From Bacteroidia bacterium (lineage in GTDB: Bacteria > Bacteroidota > Bacteroidia > B-17B0 > Aurantibacillaceae), in NCBI GenBank assembly GCA_044357775.1, contig JBIKOX010000001.1, forward strand, positions 1-44,186: 44,186 bases of DNA, given 5' to 3'. The notes below the pieces were generated by a model that saw only the letters and a program-made list of their open reading frames with translations, was not told the origin of the DNA and made no database searches. Positions 9,714-18,555 of this stretch are shown in pieces. The position numbers and the translations under genes were made by a program. The first letter of the stretch is position 1. Every line of letters begins with the position of its first letter.

Positions 9714-10079
9714 ATGAAAGAGGATATTTCTAATTCGTCAGATATAGCAATTTTAGTAAAAACATTTTACGCTAACTTACTTTTAAATGAGGAGGTAAAA
9801 CCCATTTTTGCTCACGTCAATTTTGAAAAGCACATGCCACACATGATTGCATTTTGGGAATTTGTTTTGCTAGACAAGGAAGGTTATACAACAAATGTAT
9901 TTGATAAACATGTTAATTTACCATTAAATGCAGAACATTTTGCTATTTGGCTCAAAACCTTTGAAAACACGGTTCAAGATTTGTTTTTAGGGCAAACCGC
10001 TAATATGGCTATTCAACGGGCGCAAACTATTGCCTATTCCTTCGAGTCTAAAATGAAGCAGATGGGAAAATTGCATTAA
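9714..10079 (+). CDS. Group III truncated hemoglobin-like globin
   Basis: 121 aa. The pattern 'FYA.L......IF......HM.HM..FWEFVL' and the size are typical of trHb group III. Called by recollection only. Confidence 0.6.
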   Translation: MKEDISNSSDIAILVKTFYANLLLNEEVKPIFAHVNFEKHMPHMIAFWEFVLLDKEGYTTNVFDKHVNLPLNAEHFAIWLKTFENTVQDLFLGQTANMAIQRAQTIAYSFESKMKQMGKLH

Positions 10080-10224
10080 TTGGTATTCTATTTTTTTGTA
10101 AATTCGTTCTCCATTTTAATAAAACTAATAAATCAAAAATTTAGTCTTTTTTTAATTGTAAATTTTAGTCGTAATTGACCTTATTAATTATTAAGTGTTT
10201 ATAGATTTATTAATAAATTTTTAA

Positions 10225-12270
10225 ATGAAAAAGCAATATCGTTTTAGTACTAAAATCTTTTTATATTTAACACTATTACTTTTAAGTTTATCTTGTTCAA
10301 ATAAATCTAGTTTTTATGAAATAACTTTTTTTGAGGTTCTTACAAATCAAGAATTCAATCAAAAAGATTCCATCATTCTCATAGAAGCAAATCTTAACAA
10401 TGCCCCTTTGTCTGGAATTAGAATTCCGTCTGGTAAGCAAATTAAAGGTGATAAAATTGCTTTTTCATTTAAAATTGCTGCACACGAAAAAACAAAGCGA
10501 AAATTATATTATAAAATATATTATCAAAACGAGACTTACAAATTTCACGAAACATCAAATTATAGCGAAGAAAATTTTTACGGAAGTTGGGAAGATTCTA
10601 CCATTACATTTAAAGAAGTTCCTTTTTTTGATAAGGAAATTATAATTGCTGATAGTTTTTCTATCGTTGGAAATCCCAGGAATGAACCATTGTATTTTGG
10701 TAAAGATCCAATGAACGCAATTATTCATCCTGATACTTTGAACAATACAATTAACTATATAAAATCTAACGAAGGATGGTTTAATGAAGTTAAAAAGAAG
10801 GCCATTAAACAAAATCGAGCTATTGAAAATCAAGTAAGATTAGATGCAATTTGGGTACTTGAAGAAATAAAAAATAAAAAAGGCCTTGTAAACAATCGAA
10901 TGTGGCGAAACCCCCGAATGGGAACTTATGAATTTATGCTAGTGGTTATTAGTGAAGAGGAGTATAAAAAAACTCCAGAATATTTAAAAAAACTCAATCT
11001 AAAAAATAATGAAGGAAAAATGGTGAATCCATTTTGGTATTTTAAATATGGCGATGGCCTAAATCAATCTAATTTGCAGATAGCATTGTCTCAAAGGAAA
11101 TTAAAAGTAAAATCGCTATTTTCAATGCGTTCCGGAATTTTTGTTGATAAAACGCATACAGGAGGAACAGATAAGACAAAAGAGTACTACTCTTCAACTT
11201 GCGGCGATTCTGACGATTTACTTCAAAGGTCGCATTTTCGGCAGTATTTTCATTACATTAACAAAGATTATCCATTAAAAAACATTCCAATGGTGCTTGA
11301 TGTTTTAAATGATACTTTTTCTCGTGTACAATATGAGCAACTTAAAAAAAGATCTGATGCAAATAATAAGTTTATTTATACATATGTCAATAGTTCTAAC
11401 TGTCCTTGCAAAACCGTTTTAGTGGATACCGCAGAAAATACAATAAGTATTATAAATCCTGGAATCAAGGATAGTATTTATATGAAAGAGCAAGTAGGCG
11501 TTGCCGGAAGAATAGGCTTATCTTATGGTAAATGGCGGGCGAAAATAAAATTCCCTAAACTCATAAATAAAAATAATGTATGGACAGGAATTACCAATGC
11601 GTTTTGGTTGCTTGCTGAGCAAACGGGTGCTCCTTATAATCAACGCCGTCCATGTAATGCAGACATAGCCTACATTCCAAAAAATGAACCTAATAATAAT
11701 TCTGCATTAAAAAAAAGTAGAAAAGTTGATGGATATTCTGAAATTGATTTTGAGATTTTAAAGGAGTCGCAATATTGGCCAAAAACCTCCTATCCAGGCA
11801 AAATGGTAGCTCCCACTGACAATGCTTCATCAAATAGCGAGGTGATGATTACTTGTACTAATTGGGATTTAGCTTGCCATGAACCTCCTAATTTTGATAT
11901 TGGAGCAAAAAAATATAAAATTGATGGAAAAGAATATGTCTTTCATCGTTGGGACCATTATTATAAAGCATTAACCACAAAAGTTCCAGTAAATCATTCG
12001 GAAATGTTTGATAGGGAGTACTACTACTTTGAAATTGATTGGTATCCAAATAAAATAGTTTGGAAGATAGGACGAGAAAAAAATGCAATGCAAACAATTT
12101 GTACAATGGATAATACAATAACTTCTATTCCAAATAATCAAATGGTAGCATTGGTAACACAAGAATGGCATAGCCAAGAATGGTGGCCTACAGCGCCTTA
12201 TAAGCAAAACTACATTCCTTTCCCTAAAAATGACATCATTGGTAAAATATTAGAAATAGAAGTTGAATAA
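10225..12270 (+). CDS. Lipoprotein with an unknown N-terminal domain and a C-terminal GH16-like (concanavalin-like) domain
   Basis: Lipobox 'LLSLSCSN'. The C-terminal third carries 'YGKWRAKIKFP', 'NAFWLL', the catalytic-type motif 'SEIDFEILKE' (ExDxE) and 'YYFEIDWYPNKIVWKIG', which resembles the GH16 strand order. Confidence 0.6.
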   Translation: MKKQYRFSTKIFLYLTLLLLSLSCSNKSSFYEITFFEVLTNQEFNQKDSIILIEANLNNAPLSGIRIPSGKQIKGDKIAFSFKIAAHEKTKRKLYYKIYYQNETYKFHETSNYSEENFYGSWEDSTITFKEVPFFDKEIIIADSFSIVGNPRNEPLYFGKDPMNAIIHPDTLNNTINYIKSNEGWFNEVKKKAIKQNRAIENQVRLDAIWVLEEIKNKKGLVNNRMWRNPRMGTYEFMLVVISEEEYKKTPEYLKKLNLKNNEGKMVNPFWYFKYGDGLNQSNLQIALSQRKLKVKSLFSMRSGIFVDKTHTGGTDKTKEYYSSTCGDSDDLLQRSHFRQYFHYINKDYPLKNIPMVLDVLNDTFSRVQYEQLKKRSDANNKFIYTYVNSSNCPCKTVLVDTAENTISIINPGIKDSIYMKEQVGVAGRIGLSYGKWRAKIKFPKLINKNNVWTGITNAFWLLAEQTGAPYNQRRPCNADIAYIPKNEPNNNSALKKSRKVDGYSEIDFEILKESQYWPKTSYPGKMVAPTDNASSNSEVMITCTNWDLACHEPPNFDIGAKKYKIDGKEYVFHRWDHYYKALTTKVPVNHSEMFDREYYYFEIDWYPNKIVWKIGREKNAMQTICTMDNTITSIPNNQMVALVTQEWHSQEWWPTAPYKQNYIPFPKNDIIGKILEIEVE

Positions 12271-12329
12271 AGTGCACAATCGCACCAAAAATAATATTTA
12301 AAATCCGCATATTAGTACTCGTTTTAATC

Positions 12330-15300
12330 ATGAAAAAATATCCTACATACAATCAACTTAACTTATCACAAATAAGTAAAGACATTTTAAATTATTGGCA
12401 AGAAAAAGAAACTTTCAGTAAATCTATTTCTACTCGTGAAGGCAAAACGCCATGGGTATTTTATGAAGGTCCGCCAAGTGCAAATGGAATGCCTGGTATT
12501 CATCATGTAATGGCGCGTACTATTAAAGATATTTTTTGTCGTTATAAAACCTTACAAGGCTTTCAAGTTAAACGTAAAGCAGGTTGGGATACTCATGGTT
12601 TGCCTATTGAGCTTGGTGTTGAAAAATCATTAGGAATTACAAAAGAAGATATTGGAAATCCCAACAGCAAAAAATTTATTTCAGTTGAAGATTACAACAA
12701 AGCTTGTCGCAAGGAAGTAATGAAATATACCGACAAGTGGGAAGATGTAACAGCCAAGATGGGCTATTGGGTTGATATGAAAGACCCATATATTACTTAT
12801 GATAATAAGTATATTGAAAGTGTTTGGTGGTTATTACAAAATTTAAATAACAAAAATTTATTATACAAAGGTTTTACTATTCAGCCATACTCTCCAGCTG
12901 CAGGAACAGGATTATCTTCACACGAATTAAATCAACCTGGTTGTTATAGAGATGTGAAAGATAGAACGGCAACGGTGCAGTTTAAAGTAAAGGATTCTAA
13001 ATTCAACATTAAAGGTGATTTATATATTCTTGCTTGGACAACTACACCTTGGACTTTGCCTTCAAATACTGCTTTAGCTGTTGGAAAAGATATTGATTAC
13101 GTGTTTGTAAAAAGCTTTAATCCGTTCAGCGGAAGTACACAAACAGTTGTATTAGCAAAAGATTTGGTTAATAAATATTTTTCCGAAAAACATACGGATT
13201 TAAAATTTGAAGATTATAAAGTTGGCGACAAAAATATTCCTTTTAAAATTGTGAATCATTGCAAAGGTTCAGATTTAGAAGGAATCTCCTATGAACAATT
13301 ATTACCATTCACTCAACCAAAAGATGGCGATGCCTTTAAAGTAATTGTTGGTGACTTCGTTACCACCACAGACGGAACTGGAATTGTTCACATTGCGCCT
13401 AGTTTTGGTGCTGATGACTTTAGAGTTGCTAAACAAAACGGCATAGGTTCTTTAACTTTAGTTGATAAACGTGGACGATTTTTACCTGAAATAAAAGATG
13501 ATACATTTTTGTATGGCGAAGAATATGTAAAAGAAGCGTATCATACTGATGCTGAAAAACAAGTTGAGTTTGAAAAACAAAAACAAATTTTAGAAGCAAC
13601 AGGAAAAATAAAAGAATTAAAAGCTTACCTAAGTGTTGACGAACGTATTGTTTTAAAATTACAAGAAGAAGGAAAATTATTTAAAAAAGAAACCTACGAG
13701 CATAGTTATCCGCATTGTTGGAGAACTGATAAACCCGTTTTATATTACCCATTAGATTCATGGTTTATTAAATCAACGGCAGCAAAAGACCGAATGATTG
13801 AATTAAACAAAACTATTAATTGGAAACCAGAAGCAACCGGAACAGGGCGTTTTGGTAACTGGTTAGAAAACTTAAATGATTGGAATTTATCTCGTTCTCG
13901 TTTTTGGGGTATTCCAATTCCTATTTGGACTAGCGAAGATGGCTCAGAACAAATAGTAATTGGAAGTGCAGAAGAATTAAAAAAAGAAATTGATAATACA
14001 GTTTCTAAAGGCTTCATGACAGAAAATCCATTAGGTAAATTTGTTCCAGGAAACTTTACGGCAGAAAATTACGACACCTTTGATTTACATAAACCTTACG
14101 CTGATACTATTGTTTTAGAGAAAAACGGAAAAAAATTATTCCGCGAGCCGGATTTAATTGATGTATGGTTTGATTCAGGTGCTATGCCTTATGCCCAAGT
14201 ACATTATCCGTTTGAGAACAAAGAATTAATTGACGATAAAAAATATTACCCGGCTGATTTTATTGCAGAAGGCGTAGATCAAACTCGTGGCTGGTTTTTT
14301 ACATTACATGCTATTGCAACGATGAACTTTGATTCAGTCGCATACAAGAATGTTGTATCTAACGGACTAGTGCTTGATAAAAACGGAAACAAAATGAGTA
14401 AGCGTTTAGGTAACGCCGTTGACCCATTTGAAACTATTGAAAAATATGGTGCTGACGCCACTCGTTGGTACATGATTGCAAATGCTGCTCCATGGGATAA
14501 TTTAAAATTTGATGTTGAAGGTATTATTGAAGTTCAACGTAAATTATTTGGCACGCTATACAACACATACGGATTCTTTTCGTTATACGCTAATGTAGAT
14601 AATTTTTTAGTAGACTTAAACAATACGGTAAACGTTAGTAATCGTTCTGAATTAGATCGTTGGATTTTATCTAAACTAAATTCATTAGTAAAAGATGTAA
14701 CAGAACAATACGAAATATTTGAACCTCATAAAGCAGCTCGTTATATTGAGGAATTTATAGATGAACATTTAAGTAATTGGTATATCCGATTATCACGTCG
14801 ACGTTTTTGGAAAGGCGATATGAGTGACGATAAAAAAGCTGCTTACGAAACATTATTTGAGTGTTTAAATACTTTATCTCAATTAATGAGTCCTATAGCC
14901 CCTTTCTTTGCAGATTGGTTATATCAAAACTTAAACGATGTTTCTGGTGATATTAATTCGGTGCATTTAACAAACTACCCAAAAGTTAATTTAAGCGTTA
15001 TCGATACTAGCCTAGAAAAACGTATGGAGATGGCTCAAAAGATTTCATCGATGATTTTATCTATTCGTAAAAAGGAAAATTTAAGAGTCCGTCAACCTTT
15101 GCAAAAAATCCGCATCCCAATCTTAGATAATGAATTCAGACAGCATATTCAAGCTGTTAAAGAGATCATTTTGGCAGAAGTTAATGTGAAGGAGTTAGAA
15201 TTTGTAACTGAGGAAGAGGCTCACATTATTAAAAATTTGAAACTAAACTTTAAAACGTTAGGCAAAAAGTGCGGTAAACACATGAAAACTGTTCAAGCAT

Positions 15301-15761
15301 ATGCAAATGATAATGGTGTATTAATTATTGCCGGAATTGAAAAAACAGGACAATTTAAAATTAACGTGGAAGGCGAAGAAATTATTCTTGAATTGGAAGA
15401 CGTAGAGATTATTCCTGTTGATATTCCGGGATGGAAAGTAGCTAATAGTGGTCAGCTAACAGTGGCACTAGATGTAACTTTGTCAGTATCATTAAAAGAA
15501 GAAGGATTGGCCAGAGAAATAGTAAATCGCATTCAAAACATGCGTAAAGACCTTGGTTTGGACGTAACAGATAAGATTTTAGTGAAAATTCAACAAAATG
15601 ATGCATTAGATACTGCCATTCAAAATAATTTAAAGTATATTTGCGCCGAAACTCTGACAGCAGATTTACAAGTGGTACAAAATTTGTCCTCAGCCACCGC
15701 AAGTTCTGTTGAAGTTGACGAATTAATATCGACCCTTATTTCTATAGAAAAGTTAAATTAA
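12330..15761 (+). CDS. ileS: Isoleucine--tRNA ligase (long Bacteroidota type)
   Basis: HIGH-type motif 'PSANGMPGIHHV', KMSKS motif 'KMSKRLGN', 1143 aa. Confidence 0.97.
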   Translation: MKKYPTYNQLNLSQISKDILNYWQEKETFSKSISTREGKTPWVFYEGPPSANGMPGIHHVMARTIKDIFCRYKTLQGFQVKRKAGWDTHGLPIELGVEKSLGITKEDIGNPNSKKFISVEDYNKACRKEVMKYTDKWEDVTAKMGYWVDMKDPYITYDNKYIESVWWLLQNLNNKNLLYKGFTIQPYSPAAGTGLSSHELNQPGCYRDVKDRTATVQFKVKDSKFNIKGDLYILAWTTTPWTLPSNTALAVGKDIDYVFVKSFNPFSGSTQTVVLAKDLVNKYFSEKHTDLKFEDYKVGDKNIPFKIVNHCKGSDLEGISYEQLLPFTQPKDGDAFKVIVGDFVTTTDGTGIVHIAPSFGADDFRVAKQNGIGSLTLVDKRGRFLPEIKDDTFLYGEEYVKEAYHTDAEKQVEFEKQKQILEATGKIKELKAYLSVDERIVLKLQEEGKLFKKETYEHSYPHCWRTDKPVLYYPLDSWFIKSTAAKDRMIELNKTINWKPEATGTGRFGNWLENLNDWNLSRSRFWGIPIPIWTSEDGSEQIVIGSAEELKKEIDNTVSKGFMTENPLGKFVPGNFTAENYDTFDLHKPYADTIVLEKNGKKLFREPDLIDVWFDSGAMPYAQVHYPFENKELIDDKKYYPADFIAEGVDQTRGWFFTLHAIATMNFDSVAYKNVVSNGLVLDKNGNKMSKRLGNAVDPFETIEKYGADATRWYMIANAAPWDNLKFDVEGIIEVQRKLFGTLYNTYGFFSLYANVDNFLVDLNNTVNVSNRSELDRWILSKLNSLVKDVTEQYEIFEPHKAARYIEEFIDEHLSNWYIRLSRRRFWKGDMSDDKKAAYETLFECLNTLSQLMSPIAPFFADWLYQNLNDVSGDINSVHLTNYPKVNLSVIDTSLEKRMEMAQKISSMILSIRKKENLRVRQPLQKIRIPILDNEFRQHIQAVKEIILAEVNVKELEFVTEEEAHIIKNLKLNFKTLGKKCGKHMKTVQAYANDNGVLIIAGIEKTGQFKINVEGEEIILELEDVEIIPVDIPGWKVANSGQLTVALDVTLSVSLKEEGLAREIVNRIQNMRKDLGLDVTDKILVKIQQNDALDTAIQNNLKYICAETLTADLQVVQNLSSATASSVEVDELISTLISIEKLN

Positions 15762-15778
15762 ATTTTAAGTAAAGAATT

Positions 15779-17014
15779 ATGGCAAAGAAAACTGTAAAAA
15801 CTGCTAAAAAAGCAACAAAGCCTGTTGTAAAAAAAGCTGCTGCGAAGGCAACTAAAAAGATTGTCAATAAAACAGCTCCTAAAAATGTTGTAAAATCTGC
15901 TCCTAAAAAAGTAAACAAACCTATCCCAAAAACAGTGGCTAAAAAAATTGCTTCAAAAAAAGTAGTAGCTAAAAAGGTAATAACTAAAAAAGTTGTTGCT
16001 AGTAAACCCGTATCTAAACCAGCCCCAAAAAAAGTGACTAAAGTTCCCGCAAAAAAAGTAGTAAAAGCAACAAAACCAGCAGCAAAACCCATAAAAGTAG
16101 CTCCTAAAAAAGTTGAGAAGAAAGTAGTTAAACCTGCATCAAAAGCGCCAGTAAAACCTTCTAAAAAAGTTGAAGTTGTAAAACCAGTTAAAACAGCCGA
16201 AAAAGCAAAAGTTGTTGGAAAACCAATTGATGCTGTAGCGAAAAAAGCAGTTAAACCTTCAAAAAAAGCAGATAAACCTTCAAAAAAAGGAAAAAAAGGG
16301 GATGATGACGAGGAAGATGACATTGCGGTTGAGGAAGAAGATGATTCTGATGTAGATGTAAAGGATGATTATGAAAAACCGGAGGATGATGATGATGCTG
16401 TTGTTGATTTAGATGAAGCCCCAGTTTTAGATTTAGAAGGAGGTGGAATACCATTAGATGATGATGATGATGATGAGATTCCAGAAAAACGTGGTCGTGG
16501 GCGTAGAAAGAAAAATGAAGGGCGATCTACAGGATCTGAATCTTATATTAGAAATAGACCCCTACATATTGATATTACAAAACCACTAATTAAAAAACCA
16601 CAAGCGGCTCAGCCAAAACCTTTTTTAAATACAAAGGATGACAGAAGTCGTTATTCTGATAAAGAATTATTGGAGTTTAAAGAATTAATTATTGGTAAAT
16701 TAAAAGAAGCACAAGCAGATTATGATTTGTTAAAGCAAACATTATCGAATGCGGACAATCATGGCACTGATGATACTTCGCCTTCTTTCAAATTATTAGA
16801 AGATGGATCAGATGTTTTATCTAAGGAAGAAACAGCTCAATTAGCAGTTCGCCAAGAAAAATATGTCGTAAATCTTAAAAATGCATTAATGCGTATTGAA
16901 AACAAGACTTATGGTATTTGCCGAGTTTCTGGTAAATTAATTCCAAAAGAACGTTTACGTTCGGTGCCGCATGCAACTTTAGGCATTGATGCTAAATTAA
17001 ATCAATCGAACTAA
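15779..17014 (+). CDS. DksA/TraR-family protein with an N-terminal polylysine (H1-like) block and a polyacidic block
   Basis: Residues about 289-411 ('RYSDKELLEFKELI...TYGICRVSGKLIPKERLRSVPHATLGIDAK') resemble the short DksA/TraR proteins found between ileS and lspA. Residues 1-174 are K/A/P/V-rich and 175-233 are D/E-rich. The only internal Met is residue 371. Confidence 0.75.
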   Translation: MAKKTVKTAKKATKPVVKKAAAKATKKIVNKTAPKNVVKSAPKKVNKPIPKTVAKKIASKKVVAKKVITKKVVASKPVSKPAPKKVTKVPAKKVVKATKPAAKPIKVAPKKVEKKVVKPASKAPVKPSKKVEVVKPVKTAEKAKVVGKPIDAVAKKAVKPSKKADKPSKKGKKGDDDEEDDIAVEEEDDSDVDVKDDYEKPEDDDDAVVDLDEAPVLDLEGGGIPLDDDDDDEIPEKRGRGRRKKNEGRSTGSESYIRNRPLHIDITKPLIKKPQAAQPKPFLNTKDDRSRYSDKELLEFKELIIGKLKEAQADYDLLKQTLSNADNHGTDDTSPSFKLLEDGSDVLSKEETAQLAVRQEKYVVNLKNALMRIENKTYGICRVSGKLIPKERLRSVPHATLGIDAKLNQSN

Positions 17015-17037
17015 TTCTCTATTAATCTAACTAAAAT

Positions 17038-17072
17038 AAAAGGTTATCTTTGTAAGATAACCTTTTGCTTTT
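17038..17072 (+). terminator. Rho-independent terminator after the dksA-like gene
   Basis: Perfect stem aaaaggttatctt / aagataacctttt followed by gcttttat. Confidence 0.65.
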
Positions 17073-17081
17073 ATAGGCACT

Positions 17082-17753
17082 ATGCTTAAAAAATATAAAC
17101 TTCCAATAATAACTGTGTTAACAGTCCTATTTATTGACCAATGCATAAAATTATATATCAAGTCCAATTATCCAATTGGCGAGGTGTGTCGCATTTTTGG
17201 TGATTGGAGCAGGATTACTTTTACTGAAAATCCCGGAATGGCTTTTGGCTTGGAGTTTGGCGGTAATTACGGGAAAATTGCACTTAGTTTATTTAGAATA
17301 ATTGCCGTTTTTGCTGGCGTTTTTTATATAAAAAAAATAGTCAATGAAAAAGAACACAAAGGGTTTATTATTTGCGTGTCTTTAATATTAGCTGGCGCCT
17401 TAGGAAACATTTTAGATTCAGCGTTTTATGGATTACTATTTGGAGAAAGTACCGAGTATCAAGTGGCTCAGTTTATGCCGGCAGAAGGTGGTTACACCGG
17501 ATTTTTGCAGGGACATGTTGTGGACATGTTTTATTTCCCGATGTATGAGGGTAATTTTCCCAATTGGTTTCCAATTTGGAGTGGAGAACATTTCGAATTT
17601 TTCAATGCTATTTTCAACTTTGCTGATATGTCAATTTCTTTTGGTGTGGGAATTATATTAGTTTTTCAAAACAGATTATTTAAACCGAAAGTAACATCCG
17701 AAGAAACTAAAGAAGTCTTAGAAGATACAATAGTTGAGCCTACTGATTCGTAG
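17082..17753 (+). CDS. lspA: Lipoprotein signal peptidase II
   Basis: 'FTENPGMAFG', 'GALGNILDS' and 'VVDMFYF...FNFADMSI' motifs, plus multiple TM segments. Confidence 0.9.
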   Translation: MLKKYKLPIITVLTVLFIDQCIKLYIKSNYPIGEVCRIFGDWSRITFTENPGMAFGLEFGGNYGKIALSLFRIIAVFAGVFYIKKIVNEKEHKGFIICVSLILAGALGNILDSAFYGLLFGESTEYQVAQFMPAEGGYTGFLQGHVVDMFYFPMYEGNFPNWFPIWSGEHFEFFNAIFNFADMSISFGVGIILVFQNRLFKPKVTSEETKEVLEDTIVEPTDS

Positions 17754-17788
17754 TATAATAAAACTAAAAAAAAATCGTTTTATAAATC

Positions 17789-18541
17789 TTGAAACAACTA
17801 ATATATATATTCTTTTTAGTGTTACTCTGCTTAAAGGGCTTCTCACAACACAAGGAGGAAGGTGGTGTAAATTTACCTAAATTTTATAAAAATAAAATGC
17901 ACTTCGGTTTTGCTTTAGCTTACAATAAAACTGATTTCCGAATTCATACGATTAAAAACTCTGCCTTTCCCGATACAGTTATTGCAGATGTTAAATATGG
18001 CATAAAATCAATTTACACAAAGTCAGATCCTGGATTTGCATTAGGAATTATTTCTGATTTTAGGTTACATGAATATTTACGACTACGTTTTACACCCAAT
18101 ATCAGCTTTGCCTCAAGAAACTTGGAATATAAATTGCAAAACGCAAATCGTGATAGCACCAAATTCTTTAAAAAAAGTGTCGAATCAACATTTATTATTT
18201 TACCGTTAGAGATAAAATTACAATCAAAGCGTTTAGATAATTTTGGCGCATATATTATTTTGGGAGGAGGGTATACTTTAGATTTAGTTTCTAAAAAGAA
18301 AGCAGTTTCCACCGGCGGCGCAAATCAATTAGATGAAGCAATTCTTTTAAAACGTGACGATTTTTTTTATAGTGGAGGTGCTGGTGTTGATTTTTATTTG
18401 CAGTATTTTAAATTAGGGCTTGAGTTAAAAGTTTTACAAGGAACAAGAAACTTGTTGCAACGTACAAATAATATTTTCTCGAATAGTATTGAAAAAGTAA
18501 ATTCAAAAATGGCCATATTTTCAATTACATTCGAGGGATAG
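17789..18541 (+). CDS. Outer-membrane beta-barrel protein, PorT-like
   Basis: TTG start followed by signal peptide 'KQLIYIFFLVLLCLKGFSQ'. About 250 aa with alternating beta-strand pattern. The PorT assignment rests on size and pattern only. Confidence 0.45.
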   Translation: MKQLIYIFFLVLLCLKGFSQHKEEGGVNLPKFYKNKMHFGFALAYNKTDFRIHTIKNSAFPDTVIADVKYGIKSIYTKSDPGFALGIISDFRLHEYLRLRFTPNISFASRNLEYKLQNANRDSTKFFKKSVESTFIILPLEIKLQSKRLDNFGAYIILGGGYTLDLVSKKKAVSTGGANQLDEAILLKRDDFFYSGGAGVDFYLQYFKLGLELKVLQGTRNLLQRTNNIFSNSIEKVNSKMAIFSITFEG

Positions 18542-18555
18542 TTAATGTATGTTTT

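Noticed and set aside
12271-12329. T-box or other riboswitch leaders upstream of ileS, and similarly of metG (38433-38511) and tyrS
   Set aside because: The spacers before ileS and metG are too short. I could find no specifier loop or T-box consensus anywhere, and T-boxes are not a Bacteroidota feature.
15742-16323. 193-aa minus-strand ORF rich in F/T/A/G
   Set aside because: It is the antisense reading of the AAG/AAA-rich lysine block of the dksA-like gene. Low-complexity mirror ORFs are expected there, and it would overlap the ileS 3' end.
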